Made by a program: the position numbers and the translations under genes. The notes beneath the pieces are model-generated. The model was not told the DNA's origin. It ran no database searches and saw nothing but the letters and a program-made list of their open reading frames with translations. This document shows, piece by piece, positions 46,776 through 55,079 of a stretch of DNA of 64,000 nucleotides (positions are counted from its first letter, which is position 1; every line of letters starts with the position of its first letter). Location: the NCBI GenBank assembly GCA_034430595.1, contig DAOUEL010000031.1, positions 2,596 through 66,595 of the forward strand, read 5' to 3'. This DNA comes from Anaerolineales bacterium (lineage in GTDB: Bacteria; Chloroflexota; Anaerolineae; Anaerolineales; E44-bin32).

Positions 46776-49700
46776 ATGGCCACCGATCTACAGCCAGCAG
46801 CCAGCCGTGGTTCTCGACCTGCGTGGTTCAACCTGGGGATCATGCTCCTGATTCTCATCCTTGCGCTGGGCCTCGCGTCACGCCTGATCGGTCTCGGCGA
46901 TCGCGTGATGAGCCACGATGAAATTAACCACGTGTACTGGGCCTGGATGTTCTTTGACACCGGGAATTACAGTGCCGATCCGCTTTCGCACGGTCCCTTT
47001 CAATTTCACATCCTGGCGCTGAGTTATCTGCTTTTCGGGGATAACGATTTCTCGGCTCGCCTGCCAGCCGCCCTCACCGGGGTGGCCATCCTTGGAATCC
47101 TGTGGCTTTTCCGCCGCTGGCTTGGAAGGGCTGGAGCGCTGGCTGCAGCAGCGCTCGCACTGCTCAGTCCCTACATGCTTTACTACTCCCGTTACGCGCG
47201 AAATGAAATCTTCGTTGTCGCTGAAGTGCTGCTTACCATCTGGGTTATCTTCCGTTATCTCGAAACACGCCGCTCACGCTGGCTCTACGCACTGGCCGCG
47301 CTGCTTGCCCTACATGCTGCGACCAAGGAGACCTATTTCCTTTTTACCGCCCCGCTGCTGATCTTCCTCGCTGGTGTGCTCAGCCTGGAACTCTTCCGAA
47401 GCAGCTGGGCAAAGCCGCAGACGAAACGGCTCTTCTCGATCGGCCTCGCCCTGGCGGTTGGTGGATTCGGCCTGGCATTGGTCAGCTTCCTCCGTGACCG
47501 CTCGCAGGCTGGTGAAGCAGCCATCCCGGTTGCCTCGTCGCTGGTCTTCGTCGGGGCTGCCTTCGGTCTGATCGGCGCGGTTCTGCTCATTTCCGCGCTG
47601 ATCCGTGAGTACGGCCGTTCACTGGAAGAGCGCTTTCCCACGCTGGACCTGATCATCGTGATCACGACCTTGACCCTTCCCCAGCTTGCCTCGCTCCCGG
47701 CACAGATCCTCGGCTGGAATCCACTCGATGTCAGCGACCCCTTCAGCTACAGCCGCACAGTTGGCACCGTCATTATCCTGACCGGAATCGCGGCCGGGCT
47801 TGGCTACGCCTGGGGCCGCAGGCGCTGGCTGATCATCGCCGGTATCTTCAGCATGATCTTCTTCCCGCTCTACACCACCTTCTTCACTAATCCCGGCGGG
47901 GTCTACATCGGGTTGGTGCGTTCTCTCGGGTACTGGCTAGTTCAGCAGGGTGTGGAACGCGGCTCACAGCCCTGGTATTACTACCTCCTGGTTCAGATTC
48001 CAATTTATGAGTACCTGGCCGCCCTGGGAGCAACCGCAGCGGTGGTCATCGCACTGGTTAAATCACCCTGGCGGCGCTCCCGGCCCGAATCAAGCCCGGG
48101 GGTAGAACCTGGCCAAGCATCAGTGCAACCGGTCTTCCTGGCGTTCCTTTTCTTCTGGGCGATCAGCGCCTTCTTTATCTTCACTTTTGCCGGCGAGCGG
48201 ATGCCCTGGTTGACAGTTCATATTGTGCTGCCGCTGATACTGCTCAGCGGCTGGGCGTTCAACCAGCTCTTCGGGAAGCTCTCCGCCCGTGACCTGTGGA
48301 GCTGGAAATCGGCCGCCATCGTCGTGCTCATGATTCTCGCATCCGACGGTCTGGCGGGCGCGCTCAGCAGCTTGATGGGCTGGGGCCAGGTTTCAGGCAT
48401 TCCGCTCGATGCGTCGCGCCGTTTCGCCGGTGCGCTCACTCCGGCGGTCATTGCAGCCACGGCCGGTTGGTTCGCCTGGAGGTTGTCCCAGCAGGAGTCC
48501 TGGCGGCGCATCATTCGCCTGGCTTCACTGGTCTTGCTGGCTATGATTTCCATCCAGACCGCCCGCACAGCCCTTCGAGCAGCCTTCAGCAATGCCAATT
48601 CTGCGCAGGAGTTCCTGGTTTATGCACACGCCGGCCCTGGTCCTAAGATCGCACTGAAGGAGATCGAAAGACTTTCCTACAACATTACGGGTGGGCTCGA
48701 TCTTCCCGTGGCGTACGATAACTTCGCCGCCTACCCGTACTGGTGGTATTTGCGGGACTACAGCAAAGCGCTGAATTTTGGCGAATCCCCCAGCCGCGAA
48801 CTGCTGCGCTACCCGATCGTCGTCGCCGGTGAAAGCAACTACGCCCGGGTCGAGGCTTTCCTCGGGGAAGGCTACCGCTCGGTCGTCTACGAGCGTATGT
48901 GGTGGCCGATTGAAGACTATAACGGTCTGACCTGGGACCGCATTCGTGCCGCGCTCGCCGACCCGGCGATGCGCCGGGCGCTGTGGGAGTTGTGGTTTAA
49001 CCGCGACTATCAGCCTTACGCTCAGCTGAAGGGGCGCGACCTCTCGCCAAGCGGATGGGCGCCCGCAGAGCATATGAAGGTGTACATCCGTGAGGACCTG
49101 GCCGCCGGGTACCCCGGCGCCACCTACTCCAGCACATTGGGGGACGAGACAGCGTTCGTCGACACCTACGGCAACAGCACATTCAGCCTGTCACCACAGC
49201 TGGTATTTGGCGGATCCGGCACCGCTCCCGGTGAGCTCCAGGCACCGCGCCAAATCGCCTTCACGACCGAAGGCAACCTGCTGGTGGCCGATTCGAATAA
49301 TCACCGCGTTCAGCTGTTCTCATCGACCGGGGAGTTGCTACGCGCCTGGGGCGAATATGCCGATGCCGGTTTGGGACCGGCACCGGGAGGGACATTCAAC
49401 CAGCCGTGGGGGGTGGCCGCCGGGCAGAACGAGGTTTACGTCGCTGACACATGGAACCACCGCATCCAGCGCTTCGACAACCAGGGCACCTTCATCAACA
49501 GCTTCGGCACTTTCGGGACGGAGGGCGGCGAGCTGGCGTTGTACGGCCCGCGGTCCGTTGCCGTGGACAGCGAAGGCCGAATCTACGTCGTCGACACTGG
49601 CAATAAACGCGTGCTGGTGTTCGACGCTCAGGGCACGCCTTTGGCTGAACTCGGCGGCGGTGGCATCGAGCCCGGCCGGCTGGATGAGCCGGTCGGAATC

Positions 49701-50063
49701 GCCATCGGGCCAGATGACCGGATTTATGTCGTCGACACCTGGAACCAGCGCATCCAGGTTTTCCGTGAGTCCACACCCGGGATCTTCCAATTCGATCTGG
49801 AGTGGCCGGTGGAAGCCTGGTTTGGGCAGTCCGTCGAGAACAAGCCTTATGTGGCCGTTTCACGCGATGGCCAGGTCTGTACCAGCGACCCAGAAGGAGC
49901 ACGAGTGCTCTGCTTTGACGAGCAGGGGATCTTCCTGCGGGGCATTGTCAGCCCGGGCCTAAGCCGGCCGAGCGGTTTGGCGTTCGATGCCACCTGCCGC
50001 CTGTGGGTCGCCGATGCTGAATCGGATCAGATCCAGGTCTTTGACCTGGGGGGATGCCAGTAG
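46776..50063 (+). CDS. GT-C fold glycosyltransferase (PMT/ArnT-like, multi-TM) fused to a six-blade NHL-repeat beta-propeller
   Basis: SHDEINHVYWAWMF (first-loop DE motif) and more than 10 hydrophobic segments in the N-terminal ~600 aa. The C-terminus has six repeats of the type VADSNNHRVQLFSSTGELL, VADTWNHRIQRFDNQGTF, VVDTGNKRVLVFDAQG, VVDTWNQRIQVF, TSDPEGARVLCFDEQG, VADAESDQIQVFDL. Confidence 0.85.
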   Translation: MATDLQPAASRGSRPAWFNLGIMLLILILALGLASRLIGLGDRVMSHDEINHVYWAWMFFDTGNYSADPLSHGPFQFHILALSYLLFGDNDFSARLPAALTGVAILGILWLFRRWLGRAGALAAAALALLSPYMLYYSRYARNEIFVVAEVLLTIWVIFRYLETRRSRWLYALAALLALHAATKETYFLFTAPLLIFLAGVLSLELFRSSWAKPQTKRLFSIGLALAVGGFGLALVSFLRDRSQAGEAAIPVASSLVFVGAAFGLIGAVLLISALIREYGRSLEERFPTLDLIIVITTLTLPQLASLPAQILGWNPLDVSDPFSYSRTVGTVIILTGIAAGLGYAWGRRRWLIIAGIFSMIFFPLYTTFFTNPGGVYIGLVRSLGYWLVQQGVERGSQPWYYYLLVQIPIYEYLAALGATAAVVIALVKSPWRRSRPESSPGVEPGQASVQPVFLAFLFFWAISAFFIFTFAGERMPWLTVHIVLPLILLSGWAFNQLFGKLSARDLWSWKSAAIVVLMILASDGLAGALSSLMGWGQVSGIPLDASRRFAGALTPAVIAATAGWFAWRLSQQESWRRIIRLASLVLLAMISIQTARTALRAAFSNANSAQEFLVYAHAGPGPKIALKEIERLSYNITGGLDLPVAYDNFAAYPYWWYLRDYSKALNFGESPSRELLRYPIVVAGESNYARVEAFLGEGYRSVVYERMWWPIEDYNGLTWDRIRAALADPAMRRALWELWFNRDYQPYAQLKGRDLSPSGWAPAEHMKVYIREDLAAGYPGATYSSTLGDETAFVDTYGNSTFSLSPQLVFGGSGTAPGELQAPRQIAFTTEGNLLVADSNNHRVQLFSSTGELLRAWGEYADAGLGPAPGGTFNQPWGVAAGQNEVYVADTWNHRIQRFDNQGTFINSFGTFGTEGGELALYGPRSVAVDSEGRIYVVDTGNKRVLVFDAQGTPLAELGGGGIEPGRLDEPVGIAIGPDDRIYVVDTWNQRIQVFRESTPGIFQFDLEWPVEAWFGQSVENKPYVAVSRDGQVCTSDPEGARVLCFDEQGIFLRGIVSPGLSRPSGLAFDATCRLWVADAESDQIQVFDLGGCQ

Positions 50064-50103
50064 GATAGGACAATCTAGGCAAGCGATTACCCTGAGGCCT
50101 ACG

Positions 50104-50787
50104 ATGAGTGATCGAACGAGAACGAAACTGTGGAACCCGATCAAACTTCTGGGGATCGCTTTCCTGATTCTGCTCAGCTCGAGTGCATGTATCATGACGT
50201 TTTCACTTCCCAGCTCCTCCCCAAATGCAGCACCGATACAACCTGAACAAACGAAGGGGAGTAACCCGGATCTCGAACGAGAGGTCATTGCTCAGGCGAC
50301 AAATCTTGCCGTTCTGGCGACTCAAGTCAGCCAGCTCGCGGCGGATCTGGAAGCACAGCAGGGGCTGATTCGCTACCTCGCTACGCGCGGTCCAGCTCTT
50401 CCACCGACGCTTCAAGTTCCCGGCAGCCCGACACCTTACCTGCCACTGCGCGGCATCCTGGAGATCGAAAACGGGAAGTGCTGCGTGGGCGGGATCGCCG
50501 GCGAGTCGACCATGATTCGGGTCGCACTGCTTGCCGAGAGTCCGTACGGGGAAGTGACCGGGATGCGCGTATCCGCTGGAGGCACACCGCGTTCGTCACA
50601 GGCCTTCGAACAAGTGCCCTGGCAGCCGTACCTGCCCTCGATCTCATTTGAGATACCGATTGCAACCAATTGGACCGGCTTTTACGTCCAGGCGCAGTTC
50701 AAGGACGCGCTTGGGAACCTATCCCCGGTCTATATCGACGACATCTCGGTTGAGGGCATGCCGTCACCGCTCACGCCAACGCCGTAA
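50104..50787 (+). CDS. secreted or membrane-anchored hypothetical protein
   Basis: MSDRTRTKLWNPIKLLGIAFLILLSSSAC signal/anchor. ATG 50104 is chosen because the track ORF start (49987) overlaps the upstream gene. Confidence 0.55.
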   Translation: MSDRTRTKLWNPIKLLGIAFLILLSSSACIMTFSLPSSSPNAAPIQPEQTKGSNPDLEREVIAQATNLAVLATQVSQLAADLEAQQGLIRYLATRGPALPPTLQVPGSPTPYLPLRGILEIENGKCCVGGIAGESTMIRVALLAESPYGEVTGMRVSAGGTPRSSQAFEQVPWQPYLPSISFEIPIATNWTGFYVQAQFKDALGNLSPVYIDDISVEGMPSPLTPTP

Positions 50788-51035
50788 GATTTGATTCTTC
50801 CCCTTGGTCGATTCATCCCCGGGATGCTCCACTGGCAGCTTCTTACCACCCGGACTGCCGGATCTCAAGTCGACCTTTGCAGCCGATTTGTTCCTTTCGA
50901 TCAAGTGTGATTGGGAGGGAAGGGATTGAACGCTGCGATCTTTCCGGGCTGGAGATCATGCCCACCAAAAACACCTCAGTCCCGAGAACCTGCGGCCTAC
51001 TTGACCACATGCCGGGTTTCCGGCATACTCGCCAC

Positions 51036-51812
51036 ATGCGCTTGAGATTCATTATTTCAACCCTTGTGCTGTTGATGCTGAGTGGTTGTAATGCGATTGG
51101 CGCAGCAGGCACGGGTTCACAAGGGAACCCACCCCAGCCCTCAACCAGCCTGCAAACCACCTATGCAGCGCCGACGCTGCCGCCGGCGTACACTGTGACT
51201 CCCACCGTTACCCGCACTCCGCGACCGACCATTACGGCTACCCCCTTCACCGTCGTTTCGGTGGAGCCTGATGCCAGCGCGACATCCGAATCCAACCCGG
51301 AACCCACGAAGACAGCCGCGTTTGGCCCCTGGGAACGAGTCGAGGACATCTACCTCGGTATTTCAGCTGAGATTCCGCCGGGTATGAAAGCCATGCGGAG
51401 CGGGCGGTCCTTGGTGATTACATCAACCAGTGAAGATTCGGCTAGCTCGTTCCAGATCGAGCTGCGGGTAGACTCGGCGATCGCGGTGCGGTTCCCTCAA
51501 GGTGTCGATCCGACGCAAGCACTCAGCGTGCTCGATGGAATGCTGGGCGACCTTGAATCAAGCCAGACCATTCTCAATGTGATTCGACCTCCGGCAGGGG
51601 TAACGCTGGGTGGGAATCCGGGTGCGAGTGCTGCGCTTCGCACCCGGCCGCTTGAAGAGGAGCAGCTTGAAACCACCCTCTGGTACGTGGCTGCAATCGT
51701 GCATGAAGAGCAAAAAGTCGTTCGCGTCCTGGCATCGGCCCCGGAAAGCGCAGGCGTCACCAACCTGTCTTTTGCCGAGCGCGTGGCACAGTCGCTGCAG
51801 TTCCTCGAGTGA
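51036..51812 (+). CDS. lipoprotein with a Thr/Pro-rich linker
   Basis: MRLRFIISTLVLLMLSGC (lipobox L-S-G-C), followed by TYAAPTLPPAYTVTPTVTRTPRPTITATPFT. Confidence 0.65.
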   Translation: MRLRFIISTLVLLMLSGCNAIGAAGTGSQGNPPQPSTSLQTTYAAPTLPPAYTVTPTVTRTPRPTITATPFTVVSVEPDASATSESNPEPTKTAAFGPWERVEDIYLGISAEIPPGMKAMRSGRSLVITSTSEDSASSFQIELRVDSAIAVRFPQGVDPTQALSVLDGMLGDLESSQTILNVIRPPAGVTLGGNPGASAALRTRPLEEEQLETTLWYVAAIVHEEQKVVRVLASAPESAGVTNLSFAERVAQSLQFLE

Positions 51813-51824
51813 TCGAGAGGGGAT

Positions 51825-52055
51825 TCAGCCCACCTGATCCGCCCGGATTTCAGGCTGCCCGTCTCTTTCGGGATCGAAGATCTCTTCTATCGGAAGGCGG
51901 AAGATATCCGCCAACTTAAAAGCCAGTGGAAGGCTCGGATCGTACCGGCCGGTTTCCAGCGCGTTGATCGTCTGGCGCGATACTCCAGCCCGTTCTGCCA
52001 ATTACGCTTGAGACCAATTCCGCTCGGCCCTCAGGACCTTAAGTCGATTCTTCAT
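51825..52055 (-). pseudogene. small XRE-family HTH regulator interrupted by an in-frame TAA
   Basis: My own minus-strand translation reads MKNRLKVLRAERNWSQA-stop(TAA at 52004-52002)-LAERAGVSRQTINALETGRYDPSLPLAFKLADIFRLPIEEIFDPERDGQPEIRADQVG. The ATG overlaps the stop of the upstream membrane-protein gene (ATGA). Confidence 0.7.
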
Positions 52056-52567
52056 CGATACTTCCAGATCAGCCAGAGTTTACCGATACCCCAGCAAATG
52101 GTCATCGGCAGCCCGTCATAGACCCAGTTCGGCTGCTGCACTCCAACCTGGCTCAACAAGCCTACCGTCAGCATCGTCACGGCCGAGAAATCAAATCCAA
52201 TGGCGATGGCCTCGGTTTGAATCCTGCGCTGCAGTTCATCCAGCCCCGCGATGGACCACCCGAGGGCAAGCACAAACAGCAGGAAAGCCCCGGCGGTAGC
52301 CAGAAGGAGGATGGTCTTCAGGTTCGTATTGGAGATGTCATCGATGAACTCGAATGAAACTAATATAAGGACCAGGAATAGACCGGCTATCAGGATGACC
52401 CGTCGTATTGCACCCGGGCGGTACTGCATCAACTGCCCGCGTCCTTCAAAGCCAGCTCCGATCGCAAGCCCGATCACCAAACCAAAGCTGAGATCCTCCA
52501 ACAGATCGCCCTGGATCAACCCCAAGCTCGCACCAATGATCGCACCAAGTACCAGCCCTCCCGTCAT
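52052..52567 (-). CDS. small polytopic membrane protein
   Basis: 171 aa with four to five hydrophobic segments. It is translationally coupled to the XRE gene. Confidence 0.7.
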   Translation of the reverse strand: MTGGLVLGAIIGASLGLIQGDLLEDLSFGLVIGLAIGAGFEGRGQLMQYRPGAIRRVILIAGLFLVLILVSFEFIDDISNTNLKTILLLATAGAFLLFVLALGWSIAGLDELQRRIQTEAIAIGFDFSAVTMLTVGLLSQVGVQQPNWVYDGLPMTICWGIGKLWLIWKYR

Positions 52568-52794
52568 GCCTCCTAAACGACGCTATGAGCGCTGCGATTC
52601 TCCGCCCGGATCGCTTGTTTCTGTCACTCCTTGCTGCAGATCGGATTTACACCAAAGTGAAGATTATTTTACTAATTCTCAAGTTAGCTTTACTTCCAGT
52701 TTGATATATGTTTTACCTTCTGGGAGTACCGAACGGGCAGCTCTTTGCATGTAAGCATCCAGCGTGTAAGATTTCAAGGACCGCCGATCGCGCG

Positions 52795-53580
52795 ATGATG
52801 GATATGGCGACAATCCAGCTTGTCTCAAGTGACCGAACGAAGAACGCGGTCCTGGCCGCGGAGCTGAGTTCGAAAGGGTATCAAGTGGAGGCCGGCCTTA
52901 TGTCGGAAGATGTGCGCCGCCGGATGCTCGCCTCCCCGCCCGATGCGATCATCTTCGATCTCGACCGGGCGCCGGCCACAGGACGGGACCTAGGCCTCTT
53001 CTTCCGGGTCCAGCTGCCCACCAGGCACTGCCTGCTGGTGTTCCTCGATGGTAAACCGGGACAGGTGAATGCGATCCGTACGCTGCTTCCGGATGCCTGT
53101 TACAGCACAGCCGACACATTAACCGAAGACCTTGAGCGAGGTTTGCAGAGCAAACCTGCCGATCCGATTGTGCCGTCTTCCGTCTTCGCCGGGTACCGGG
53201 GCCGTCCGCTGGCGGCGAAACTGGGGATCAAACGCGGCATGTCCGTCGCGTTGATCGACGCACCGGAGGACTTCGAAGCTTCGCTTGCCCTGCTCCCCGA
53301 GCAGGTCAAGATCTCACGCACAGCTGATAAGGCCTCCCTGACGCTCTGGTTCACCACTAACCACGCAGATCTCATGACAGATTTGAAGGACCGCTTGAGC
53401 ATGGCAAATCCGGGAAAAATCTGGATCATCTGGCCTAAACGATCCTCGGGCGTGAGTAGCGATCTCACACAAGCCCGCGTCCGTCAGGCAGGGCTTGGTG
53501 CGAACTGGGTGGATTTCAAGGTGTGTTCGATCGACGACACCTGGACCGGGTTGTGTTTCACTGCCCGCCAGCAGGCGTAG
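52795..53580 (+). CDS. receiver-like N-terminal domain fused to a DUF3052-like domain
   Basis: IQLVSSD...DAIIFDLDR is a pseudo-receiver pattern. The C-terminal LGIKRGMSVALIDAPEDFE...IWIIWPKRSSGVSSDLTQ resembles DUF3052 (from memory). Start ATG 52795 is assumed. Confidence 0.55.
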   Translation: MMDMATIQLVSSDRTKNAVLAAELSSKGYQVEAGLMSEDVRRRMLASPPDAIIFDLDRAPATGRDLGLFFRVQLPTRHCLLVFLDGKPGQVNAIRTLLPDACYSTADTLTEDLERGLQSKPADPIVPSSVFAGYRGRPLAAKLGIKRGMSVALIDAPEDFEASLALLPEQVKISRTADKASLTLWFTTNHADLMTDLKDRLSMANPGKIWIIWPKRSSGVSSDLTQARVRQAGLGANWVDFKVCSIDDTWTGLCFTARQQA

Positions 53581-53587
53581 GCTACAG

Positions 53588-54226
53588 ATGCGCATCATCG
53601 ACCTCGCCAGCTGGCCACACCGTGCGGCCTTCGAGATCTACCGTCACTTCGACTACCCCCACTTTAATCTAACCGCAAACATCGAAGTCGACGAATTTAC
53701 AGCGGCAGTTAAAGCTCGATCTGCCTCTTTCACGATAGCTGTTGTCTACACCCTGGCCCGGGCAGCCAATGAGCTGCAACCCTTCCGATTGCGCATCCAC
53801 GGCGAGCAGGTCGTCGAGCATGAGCGAGTTGACCCTTCCTTCACGGTGCTCCTGGAGGACGAGCGGTTCAGCTTCTGCACCGTGGAATACAGGAGTGACT
53901 TCCAGTCATTCTCGGCCGAGGCAACGGAGCACATCGAACAAGTCCGCCGCCGTCCCACTCTAGAAGATGAAGCCGGCCAGGATAACCTGCTCTTCATGAC
54001 CTCCATCCCCTGGATCTCATTCACATCCATGCAGCACCCGATCCACATGCACCCGGTCGATTCGGTCCCGCGCCTCGGGTGGGGGCGGATCTTCAAAGAT
54101 CACGGGCAACTGCGGATGCCTCTTTCTGTGCAGGTCAACCATGCTTTAATGGACGGTCTCCATGTAGGGCGTTACTATGAGTTGGTCACAGCGTTAATGG
54201 CCAACCCTGATCAGCTCTTCGGATGA
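53588..54226 (+). CDS. chloramphenicol acetyltransferase family protein (type A CAT fold)
   Basis: MRIIDLASWPHRAAFEIYRH..., DPSFTV, SIPWISFTS and LSVQVNHALMDGLHVGRYY, compared with the CAT pattern VQVHHAVCDGFH that carries the catalytic His. Confidence 0.85.
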   Translation: MRIIDLASWPHRAAFEIYRHFDYPHFNLTANIEVDEFTAAVKARSASFTIAVVYTLARAANELQPFRLRIHGEQVVEHERVDPSFTVLLEDERFSFCTVEYRSDFQSFSAEATEHIEQVRRRPTLEDEAGQDNLLFMTSIPWISFTSMQHPIHMHPVDSVPRLGWGRIFKDHGQLRMPLSVQVNHALMDGLHVGRYYELVTALMANPDQLFG

Positions 54227-54299
54227 TCTAGGAGAACTCGCCACCCGAAGGCCGAGAGGGAAAATGAACCTGCTGGTTGGAAGAGACCAGGAGTAGACG

Positions 54300-54893
54300 A
54301 TGACCGAGATTACATTTATCACCTCGAGGGGCATCCCCTCCGCCCTTCAAGGACCGGCCTTCCAACTGCGGCCGCTGCGAACTACCGATGTAGAGCTCGA
54401 CTACGATGCCGTGATGTCGAGTCGGGCGATGCTGCGCCGCTGGAGCCAGAGCGAGTGGCCGGCAGACGATTTCCCGCTCGAAGGCAACCTGGCCGATCTC
54501 GATCGCCACCAGCGTGAGCACGATGCAGGAATCGCCTTCACCTATACCGTCATGAACCCCGAAAACGACCGCTGCCTGGGTTGCGTCTACATCAATTCGC
54601 TAGCGCCAGAACTGATCGAAGCCGGAATCTGCAAACAAACCGAAGCTGGGAAGATCAATGCGGCCAGCGTGCGCTTCTGGGTGCGAGCCTCGCTGCTTGG
54701 CTCAGACCTCGAGCGTGATCTACTGCTCGGACTGCGGGAGTGGTTCTCGCGCGAGTGGCCTGTGGATTGCCTGGTCTTTTTGACCAGCCACTCAGAGCGC
54801 AGGCAGCAGGCCTTCTGGGAGTCGAATGGCCTCCAAAAACGCCTAAGCTATGGGACGGCAGGCAATATTTGGGTGGCATACCAAACTACCTGA
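54300..54893 (+). CDS. GNAT-family N-acetyltransferase (RimJ/RimL-like)
   Basis: The length and the pattern LRPLRTTDVELDYDAV...FTYTVMNPENDRCLGCVYI are consistent with the Acetyltransf_3 type. This is a weak by-eye call. Confidence 0.6.
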   Translation: MTEITFITSRGIPSALQGPAFQLRPLRTTDVELDYDAVMSSRAMLRRWSQSEWPADDFPLEGNLADLDRHQREHDAGIAFTYTVMNPENDRCLGCVYINSLAPELIEAGICKQTEAGKINAASVRFWVRASLLGSDLERDLLLGLREWFSREWPVDCLVFLTSHSERRQQAFWESNGLQKRLSYGTAGNIWVAYQTT

Positions 54894-55079
54894 ACGTGAA
54901 CCAGTCATACGTCAGTCAAATTCCGTCGTTATTCTCCTTTATAATTTGGACAAGTTAAGGACAATTTAGGCGAAACGGGTGTACACTTTGTTATTAGCCA
55001 ATCACTTCAGTGAAACCGGTTACTTGACATAACCCTCGATATAGCCTGCCGATCGCCAGCCAAGGCCTGAGACCCTGCT

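Noticed and set aside
49090-49962. 290-aa alternative-frame + strand ORF inside the NHL-repeat region
   Set aside because: Its low-complexity Pro/Arg/Ser/Thr/Ala-rich translation overlaps the clearly periodic NHL blades read in the main frame.
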